DNA from: Candidatus Iainarchaeum sp.
Lineage (GTDB): Archaea > Iainarchaeota > Iainarchaeia > Iainarchaeales > JAZDDZ01
NCBI GenBank assembly: GCA_043809245.1
Contig: JAZDDZ010000008.1
Coordinates: forward strand, 1-64,000
Direction: 5' to 3'
Length of the DNA: 64,000 bases
Shown: in pieces, positions 57,192 to 64,000 of the stretch
How the letters are laid out: each line of letters begins with the position of its first letter
Numbering within the stretch: position 1 is the stretch's first letter
The notes under the pieces: generated by a model
The model's input: the letters and a program-made list of their open reading frames with translations, nothing else
What the model was told of the DNA's origin: nothing
Database searches by the model: none
Program-made: the position numbers and the translations under genes

Positions 57192-57986
57192 TTATTTCTT
57201 GCCCGCGGAATTTTTTTTGTATACTTCAAGCGCTTCCTTGGGGTTCATGTTTTCGTGGACAACTGCGCGGATTGCCTTAATCATTGCGACTGGCTGTGGG
57301 TTCTGCCAGATATTCCTGCCAAAGTCAACCCCTGCGGCACCGGCCTGAATTGCATCGAAAGCCATTTGCAGTGCGTCAAGCTCTGTATCCATTTTTTTTC
57401 CGCCAGCAATTACTAGTGGAACAGGAGTTGCGTCAACAACTTTTTCAAAGCCCTCACAATAATAGGTTTTAACGAAATGCGCGCCTAACTCTGCCGCGAT
57501 TCTGCATGAAAGCGCCATGAACCTCGCGTCCTTTTGCCCTAATTCTTTTCCGACAGCAGTTACTGCCAGAACAGGCATTCCAAAGCGCTCTCCTTCGTTA
57601 ACCAATTCTGAGAGGCATTTGAGTGTCTGGTGCTCGAATTTTGCGCCGACATAAATTGAGAAAGCAACCGCTGAAGCGTTAAGCCTGAGCGCTTCCTCCA
57701 TCGAGGTTGTTATTTCCTCGTTGGAGAGGTCTTCGCTTAAAACACTGTTTCCGCCTGAAACCCTTAGAACAATTGGTACTTTCATATTAGAGTCAACGCA
57801 TTTTCTCACTACGCCGCGCGTTGGCATTAAAGCATCAGCGTAGGGGAGAAGTGGTTCAATTGTTTTCCGCGGCTGCTCTAATTTGCTTGTGGGCCCCAAA
57901 AAATACCCGTGGTCAACCGCAAGCATTACTGTGTGCCCGTCTTTCTGGATTATGCGTGAAAGCCTGTTATTCAAACCCCAACTCAT
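57192..57986 (-). CDS. lsrF: LsrF-like thiolase/class I aldolase
   Basis: WGLNNRLSRII, MLAVDHGYFLGP, VKTYY, IAGGKK, GRNIWQ. Confidence 0.85.
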   Translation of the reverse strand: MSWGLNNRLSRIIQKDGHTVMLAVDHGYFLGPTSKLEQPRKTIEPLLPYADALMPTRGVVRKCVDSNMKVPIVLRVSGGNSVLSEDLSNEEITTSMEEALRLNASAVAFSIYVGAKFEHQTLKCLSELVNEGERFGMPVLAVTAVGKELGQKDARFMALSCRIAAELGAHFVKTYYCEGFEKVVDATPVPLVIAGGKKMDTELDALQMAFDAIQAGAAGVDFGRNIWQNPQPVAMIKAIRAVVHENMNPKEALEVYKKNSAGKK

Positions 57987-58092
57987 TTAATTGCCTCCGA
58001 AAAATTGCCTATAAAAAAAGCTTTGAAGTAAAAGCAATAAAAAGCTAATGTGCGGCATAGTAGTTAGGGATAGATGCTGGCTGGGTGGCATT

Positions 58093-58716
58093 ATGATAAA
58101 AATCGTGTTTATTGACATGAGCAATACGCTGGTTAATGGCAGCGGCTCAAACTCTGGCGCTGATTTCTTGGGAAAAGGCGACACTTACAGGCGTATTTAC
58201 CCTGAATTCAAATCAGGCAAAATAAGCATGGAAGAATGGCTTGCAAAAACTTTTGCATGCTGGAAGGGGCTTAAGGTTTCCGATCTTCCGAAAGTTTATG
58301 AAAAACTTGAATTAAACGAAGGCGCAAAAGAAACAATAACCTCGCTTAAAAAGAAAAAAATCAAAACAGTTCTTTTGACCAATATACCGCGGCTTCTGGC
58401 TGAGCTGTTCCAGAAAAAATTAGGCTTTGATTTTATAACGGGAACTGTATTGGAAGTCAAGGAAGGTGCTTTCACAGGCAAAATTCTGGAATTCCACAAT
58501 GACAAATCGCGCGAGGCAATGAAAATACTGGAACAAGAGAACATTCGCCCTGACGAGGCAGTATCTGTAGGCGACAGGAAGGACGACGCAGAAGTATTCA
58601 GAAAAGTTAAATTCGGCATAGCCTACAACGGAGATGAGGCTGCAAGGAAGAATGCGAAATATAATATAAGCAATTTCGGGGAAATACTCAAAATCATTGA
58701 AAAAGAATCAAATTAG
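58093..58716 (+). CDS. HAD-family phosphatase (SerB-like)
   Basis: Motif I variant FIDMSNTL, LLT, K, VGDRKDD. Confidence 0.8.
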   Translation: MIKIVFIDMSNTLVNGSGSNSGADFLGKGDTYRRIYPEFKSGKISMEEWLAKTFACWKGLKVSDLPKVYEKLELNEGAKETITSLKKKKIKTVLLTNIPRLLAELFQKKLGFDFITGTVLEVKEGAFTGKILEFHNDKSREAMKILEQENIRPDEAVSVGDRKDDAEVFRKVKFGIAYNGDEAARKNAKYNISNFGEILKIIEKESN

Positions 58717-58774
58717 AATTAGCAATAAAAAGCTAATGGAACCTAATAAATTCAGCAAATTTTGAGGTGTTTTT

Positions 58775-60430
58775 TTGGATTCCCTTTCAATTGCACAGGC
58801 AGCGAAAATGCAGCCCATTGGCAAGATAGCGGAAAAAGCGGGAATTCCCGCTGAATTCTTGGAGCCTTACGGGAAATTCAAGGCAAAAGTCGAATTGGAA
58901 TTGCTTGAAAAGCTGAAGGAAAAAAAGAACGGAAAACTTGTATTGGTTACAGCCATCACGCCAACCAAAGCAGGAGAAGGAAAAACAACAACAACGATTG
59001 GATTGGCGCAAGGCCTTGCAAAGCACGGGGAAAAAGCAATGATTTGCCTGCGCGAACCCTCACTCGGACCTGTTTTTGGAATAAAAGGCGGGGCAACAGG
59101 CGGAGGCTATTCGCAGGTTCTGCCAATGGATGAAATTGACTTGCATTTCACCGGCGACCTTCACGCTGTAAGCGCAGCAAACAACCTTTTGAGCGCAATG
59201 ATTGACAATCACTTGTTCCAAGGCAATGCATTGAATTTAGACCCAGAACGGATTTCATTCAAGCGAGTGGTGGACATGAATGACCGCGCCCTCAGAAATA
59301 TTAAAATCGGATTGAAAGGCCAGGGAATTGAAAGGGAAGAGTCATTCATGATAACCGTTGCCTCGGAGGTAATGGCTATTCTCTGCCTTGCGGAAAATCT
59401 TTCCGATTTAAAGGAAAGGCTTGGAAAAATAATTGTCGGGCTAGACAAAAACGGAAAGCCTGTTACAGCAAAACAATTGAAGGCAAACGGCGCAATGGCA
59501 TTGCTGTTAAAGGACGCGTTAAAGCCAAACTTAGTGCAGTCAATTGAAGGTGTTCCCGCTTTCGTGCACGGCGGCCCTTTCGCGAACATAGCGCACGGCT
59601 GCAATTCCGTTGTCGCGACAAAAACTGCGTTAAAGCTGGCAGACATCGTGATAACCGAAGCCGGTTTCGGCGCTGATTTGGGTGCGGAAAAATTTTTGGA
59701 CATAAAATGCAGGAAAGCAAAGCTTGCGCCAAACGCGATTGTCTTGGTTGCAACCATTAGGGCGCTGAGAATGCACGGCGGCGCGGAAAATTATTCGGAA
59801 AAAAACCTTGCAGCGGTTGAAAAAGGCCTGCCGAACCTGGGAAGGCACATCGGCAATCTGAGGCAATACGGCGTTCCCCTTGTTGTCGCGATAAATCTTT
59901 TCAGCGGAAGCGATTCAGAGGAAGAAGTTGAAGCTGTGAAAAAATTCTGCGCATCAAAAGGAGTGAAAGGAATTCCTGCGGATGTATTCGGCAAGGGCGG
60001 AGAGGGCGCGAAAGAGCTTGCGGCCGCAGTAGTTGCCGCGGCAAAGGAAAAAAACGAGTTTAAATTAATTTATTCCGACAGCCAGCCTGTAAGGGAAAAA
60101 ATTGAAGCGATTGCAAAGAAAATTTATCACGCAAAAAGCGTTTCATTCACGGAAACCGCTGAGAAAAACCTTGCGGAGATTGAAGCAAACGGCTTCAATC
60201 ACTTGCCTGTGTGCATGGCAAAAACACAGTACTCTTTCTCCGACAACCCAAAACTGTTGAATGCACCCGACGGGTTCACGCTTACAATCACTGCGCTCCG
60301 CGTTTCCGCTGGAGCGGGTTTTGTGGTTGCATTGTGCGGCGACATAATGACAATGCCGGGCCTTGGGAAAATTCCTGCAGCGGAAAAAATAGACATAGAC
60401 GAAAAGGGAAAGATTAGCGGGCTGTTTTAG
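58775..60430 (+). CDS. fhs: Formate-tetrahydrofolate ligase
   Basis: TPTKAGEGKTT, GIKGGATGGG, HGGPFANIAHG, TMPGL. Confidence 0.97.
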   Translation: MDSLSIAQAAKMQPIGKIAEKAGIPAEFLEPYGKFKAKVELELLEKLKEKKNGKLVLVTAITPTKAGEGKTTTTIGLAQGLAKHGEKAMICLREPSLGPVFGIKGGATGGGYSQVLPMDEIDLHFTGDLHAVSAANNLLSAMIDNHLFQGNALNLDPERISFKRVVDMNDRALRNIKIGLKGQGIEREESFMITVASEVMAILCLAENLSDLKERLGKIIVGLDKNGKPVTAKQLKANGAMALLLKDALKPNLVQSIEGVPAFVHGGPFANIAHGCNSVVATKTALKLADIVITEAGFGADLGAEKFLDIKCRKAKLAPNAIVLVATIRALRMHGGAENYSEKNLAAVEKGLPNLGRHIGNLRQYGVPLVVAINLFSGSDSEEEVEAVKKFCASKGVKGIPADVFGKGGEGAKELAAAVVAAAKEKNEFKLIYSDSQPVREKIEAIAKKIYHAKSVSFTETAEKNLAEIEANGFNHLPVCMAKTQYSFSDNPKLLNAPDGFTLTITALRVSAGAGFVVALCGDIMTMPGLGKIPAAEKIDIDEKGKISGLF

Positions 60431-60492
60431 GGCAAAAACCCCTCCAAAGAAAGGGTTATAAATTTAGGGGGGCATAAATATATTAGGTATTT

Positions 60493-60765
60493 ATGGTGCC
60501 CGCAAAAAAAACGAAACTGGTTCACTATCCCACTTTGAAAACAGTCATCGCTATTGAGAACGCAGTAAAGAGTGCTGATTTGGCTGTCAGCAGGAATGGG
60601 ATTCTGCGAAGGCTTCCGACAAAAGTTATGCGTTCAACGCTTAACGTCTCCCTTGAATATCTTGAGAAAAGGGGCATGCTTTTGGAGACCAAAAAAGGCT
60701 TTATCTGGACTTTTAACCCAAGCAAAAGGCTAGAGGAAGCAGAGCGCAGGGGCCTGGAATTTTAA
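60493..60765 (+). CDS. Winged-helix protein, putative antitoxin
   Basis: HYPTLKTV...LEYLEKRG; inverted repeat CATAAATA-N7-TATTTATG over its start. Confidence 0.7.
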   Translation: MVPAKKTKLVHYPTLKTVIAIENAVKSADLAVSRNGILRRLPTKVMRSTLNVSLEYLEKRGMLLETKKGFIWTFNPSKRLEEAERRGLEF

Positions 60766-60828
60766 TTTTGGCACCGGAAACGCACTCCTCCGAAAAAATA
60801 TTATCCTGCTTCCGCACCGAATTAATTC

Positions 60829-61227
60829 ATGCAAGCAAAAGAAATCAGGGTTAAGCTGCTTGATGAAGCGAAAGAAGAGTTTGAGCGCCTGGAGAAAATT
60901 GTGGGCGATGAAAAGGGGAAAGGGATTAACTCCTCGTTTCATCAGACACTTCTTAAGGGCATCAAAGAAAAAATTCGCATTCTTCGCGAAAACTGTGACG
61001 CAGGCATGCAGATAAGAAAAAAGCTGATTCCAAAAAAATACCTTGAAAAATTCAGTGTAACAAACCTTTGGAAGCTTAACCTGCCAAGCTATTGGAGAAT
61101 GATTTACACGATAAGGCAGCCACAACACAAAGACATGGAAGTAGAGGTGCTCACAATTTTTCTGGATGTTGTTGACATCCTAAACCACAAGCAATACAGC
61201 AAGATTTTTGGATATAGAAAGAAATAA
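60829..61227 (+). CDS. RelE-like toxin
   Basis: NLWKLNLPSYWRMIYTI...HKQYSKIFGY. Confidence 0.7.
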   Translation: MQAKEIRVKLLDEAKEEFERLEKIVGDEKGKGINSSFHQTLLKGIKEKIRILRENCDAGMQIRKKLIPKKYLEKFSVTNLWKLNLPSYWRMIYTIRQPQHKDMEVEVLTIFLDVVDILNHKQYSKIFGYRKK

Positions 61228-61237
61228 CCTGGCTGTT

Positions 61238-62011
61238 TTAAATCGCAGTCAGCTTCTGGAAAAATTGCGCGTTTTTTTCAACAAGTGAAACAAGCGCAAA
61301 AAAGAGTATTCCCCAAACCGATGCAGCGAGTATTGCCGCAAACATGAGCGGAATGTCAAGGTAGTAACTCGCATTCACTATAACGAAACCCAATCCCGCA
61401 CCTGAGCCTGTGAACTCGCCTATTATTGCGCCAACAACCGCAAGCGTTGAAGCTATTTTCAAAGAGGAAAAAATGAAAGGCATTGATGTCGGCAGCCTTA
61501 ACTTGAAGAACTCGTCTTTCTTTGATGCTCCGAATGTCTGGAACAATTCAAGCTTTTCCTTTTCAACAATCTCCAAGCCTTCAACGGAATTAACGAGTAT
61601 GGGAAAGAATGCGACAAGCGCAGCCATTACAATCATCGGGAGAACTGAACTGCCCAACCATAAGACAATCAGGGGCGCAAGAGCAACAAGAGGCGTTGCC
61701 TTCAATGCAATCGCGAAAGGGTAAAGCGTGTTTTTCGCGTTCTTTGAATAAACAAAAAGCATTGCAAGAAAAAAAGCAACCGCGAAACCCAGCATGAACC
61801 CAAGAACTGATTCAAATGCCGTTATGCCGAGGTTTGATAAAAGATAATTGCTGTCGGCAAGGGCTGCAGCCAATATGTCGCTTGGAGCAGGCAAGGTAAT
61901 CCGGTTTATGCCGAAAAATTTTACTGAAAACTCCCATAATGCAAAAAATAATGCAAGAAAGAATGCCGGCAGGGCAATGGCTTTCAGCTTTTCAGAACCG
62001 ATTTTACCCAT
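61238..62011 (-). CDS. NitT/TauT ABC transporter permease
   Basis: LPAPSDI, PLVALAP, VGAIIGEF. Confidence 0.9.
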   Translation of the reverse strand: MGKIGSEKLKAIALPAFFLALFFALWEFSVKFFGINRITLPAPSDILAAALADSNYLLSNLGITAFESVLGFMLGFAVAFFLAMLFVYSKNAKNTLYPFAIALKATPLVALAPLIVLWLGSSVLPMIVMAALVAFFPILVNSVEGLEIVEKEKLELFQTFGASKKDEFFKLRLPTSMPFIFSSLKIASTLAVVGAIIGEFTGSGAGLGFVIVNASYYLDIPLMFAAILAASVWGILFFALVSLVEKNAQFFQKLTAI

Positions 62012-62706
62012 TTGACATACCCCTGAAAAACCTGCGAATGCTTTATGCCAGCCAGCCTGGGTCTCGCGAGTGCAACGTGAATAACCTCTTTTACGCGGGC
62101 CGGCCTTTCAGACAAAACAACAACCCTGTCCGCTAGAAAAATTGCTTCCTCAATGTTGTGGGTCACAAAAACAATTGTTTTGCCGGTTTTAGCCCAGATT
62201 TTTGCAAGCGCAAGGTTCAGCTCTTCCCTTCCAAAATCATCAATTGCCGAGAAAGGCTCATCCATCAGGAGAATCTCCGGATTGCCAGCCAATGCCCTTG
62301 CAATAGCGGCCCGCTGCTGCATGCCACCGGAAAGCTGTTCAGGGATATACCCGCGAAAGGACTGCAAGTCAACAAGCTTAAGAAGCTTTTTAACATTCTT
62401 TTTTTTTCCGCTTATTTCAAGGGGAAGCACCACATTCTCTTCAACAGTTCTCCATTCAAGAAGATTTGGCTTTTGGAAAACAAACCCGACTTTTGGCTTT
62501 TTTTCATCACCACTGCTTACTGTTGACCCGCTGCTTGGCTTGACCAGGCCCGCAATGATTTTTAACAGCGTTGTCTTGCCGCAGCCGCTTGGCCCCACTA
62601 CCGCGACAAATTCGCCTTCCTTCACATCAAGTGAAACATCTTCTATTGCGTCAAGCGATTCCTTATTTTGCTGGAAGCTCTTCGAAACGTTTCTGACATT
62701 GAGCAC
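61984..62706 (-). CDS. NitT/TauT ABC transporter ATPase
   Basis: GPSGCGKT, LSGGMQQR, MDEPF. Confidence 0.93.
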   Translation of the reverse strand: MLNVRNVSKSFQQNKESLDAIEDVSLDVKEGEFVAVVGPSGCGKTTLLKIIAGLVKPSSGSTVSSGDEKKPKVGFVFQKPNLLEWRTVEENVVLPLEISGKKKNVKKLLKLVDLQSFRGYIPEQLSGGMQQRAAIARALAGNPEILLMDEPFSAIDDFGREELNLALAKIWAKTGKTIVFVTHNIEEAIFLADRVVVLSERPARVKEVIHVALARPRLAGIKHSQVFQGYVKWVKSVLKS

Positions 62707-62712
62707 ATAAAG

Positions 62713-63720
62713 TCACTGTCCGTAAATCCTGTCAAGGAAGTAAGTAGTATATGCCGCATTAACGTCAAACTGTTCCGCGATAAGCCCCTCGCCATTCATC
62801 CTGTTATAAGCGCGTTCAAACATTTCCCGGTTCATATAACCAATTCCATATTTTCCTTCAGGGCCAGGGAAAATAGACGGGCTAATTATTGCAAAACGCT
62901 CCCTTTCAAGTTCAGGGTCAAGGTTTTTCTGCCTTTTTGCAAGGAACTGTATCGCCTCTTCCTCGTGGCTAAGAGAATATTCAACTCCCTTAAGCGTTGC
63001 GCGCAAAAACTTTTCAACTACCTCAGGATGTTCTTTAATCATGTCCTCGCGCGTAAAAATAGTGTAGCCGTCAACAGCCATGCCATAATCCAGGGGGTTT
63101 ATCACATTAACCTGCACACCCTCATGGGCTAAGTTGATAGCTGCATCGGTAATAAAGCACCATTCCGCATCAACCTGCCCTGAAATAAGGGGGGTATAAT
63201 TGTATCCGCCCACATCAACCTCCGTAAAATTTTCTACACCTTCCTGGTGAAGCAAGGCACGGATAATGTCAGTGGATATGTGACCGTAAAAGAGGCCTAT
63301 GCGCTTTCCCTCCAACTGCGACACTTGGGTTATCCCGGAATCCTTCAGTGTCGCAATGCATGGAAAAGTCTTGTCGTGGTGCAGAACCGCGATTGCCACA
63401 ATTGGCGCGCCCTTTGAGCGCGCAACAAGCAGCGTGTCAGGCCCTCCAAGAATCCCAACGTCATCAGCGCCTGAAACAACCATCTTCACAGGGTTCAGTT
63501 CAGGTGTGCCGCCATTATAAGTGACGTCAAGCCCCTCATCAGCATAGTAATTAAGGTCAAGGGCAGAGGCAAAACCCCCAAAAAACGCATTCCAGACAGG
63601 GATTGGAAGCCTGGCGCTTGTCTTATAGTATTCGCTTTTGTTTTCCGGCGCCACAGGGCAGCCAAGCAACAAAAGAAACAGCGTGAAAGCAACAGCCAGA
63701 ACTATACTTGTTTTACTTAT
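62713..63720 (-). CDS. NMT1/THI5-like substrate-binding lipoprotein (start probably ATA at 63720)
   Basis: YYADEGLDV, LEGKRIG, FLRATLKG; signal peptide with LLGC lipobox extends upstream of the first TTG. Confidence 0.8.
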   Translation of the reverse strand: MSKTSIVLAVAFTLFLLLLGCPVAPENKSEYYKTSARLPIPVWNAFFGGFASALDLNYYADEGLDVTYNGGTPELNPVKMVVSGADDVGILGGPDTLLVARSKGAPIVAIAVLHHDKTFPCIATLKDSGITQVSQLEGKRIGLFYGHISTDIIRALLHQEGVENFTEVDVGGYNYTPLISGQVDAEWCFITDAAINLAHEGVQVNVINPLDYGMAVDGYTIFTREDMIKEHPEVVEKFLRATLKGVEYSLSHEEEAIQFLAKRQKNLDPELERERFAIISPSIFPGPEGKYGIGYMNREMFERAYNRMNGEGLIAEQFDVNAAYTTYFLDRIYGQ

Positions 63721-63815
63721 AAGCCCACCTGTACATAAAGCTGCACACAGAATAAATAAAATAAAGTAGTCCAGTTACTGGAGAACTATTTAAGCATTTC
63801 GGTTCTTTTTTTGGT

Positions 63816-64000
63816 ATGGACACTTCATTTCTTGAGGAAATCGGCCTGACAAGGGGCGAGTCAAAGGTTTACCTTTCCCTGCTTGAAATAGGGGCCACAA
63901 CCGCCGGGCCACTTATTTCGCGTTGCGGCATCCAGAAATCCGCGGTTTACTTCTGCCTGGAAAGCCTTATTGGAAAGGGGCTTGTGACTTACATAACAAA
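63816..64000 (+). CDS. TrmB-family HTH regulator (partial, runs off the window)
   Basis: MDTSFLEEIGLTRGESKVYLSLLEIG...VYFCLESLIGKGLV. Confidence 0.88.
   Translation, partial: MDTSFLEEIGLTRGESKVYLSLLEIGATTAGPLISRCGIQKSAVYFCLESLIGKGLVTYIT

Noticed and set aside
58048-58092. MCGIV start resembling GlmS/AsnB amidotransferases
   Set aside because: The similarity ends after five residues; the real start with an RBS is probably 58093.
1-64000. CRISPR array, tRNA or rRNA genes
   Set aside because: No regularly spaced repeats or cloverleaf/rRNA signatures were seen by eye; the att site lies in a protein-coding gene.

Overview
Archaeal genomic DNA, inferred to be DPANN (gene repertoire fits Iainarchaeota/Diapherotrites): scpA/scpB, dph5, DUF357, Trm5-like methyltransferase, KaiC-like ATPase, TrmB, split lipoate ligase, GGTGA-type RBS. 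The main accessory feature is a ~10.7 kb integrated element (2782-13492) bounded by an exact 18-bp direct repeat inside the 3' end of scpA; the element supplies a replacement scpA C-terminus. It carries a tyrosine integrase, an MCM-like helicase, a primase-polymerase-like protein, a Zot-like P-loop ATPase, a chain of coupled microproteins, a symmetric ori-like repeat array and a three-hairpin element with a predicted 8-nt loop-loop pairing, but no recognisable capsid or conjugation genes. The host part encodes glycine cleavage/C1 metabolism, Fe-S assembly, a 2236-aa surface protein and three TA modules. It also has two inteins in unusual hosts (polyprenyl diphosphate synthase and IscU), several cassettes flanked by duplicated target sequence, and an ISL3 end that interrupts a Yip1-like gene. 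No rRNA, tRNA or CRISPR array was seen. All calls come from manual motif reading, with no database searches.
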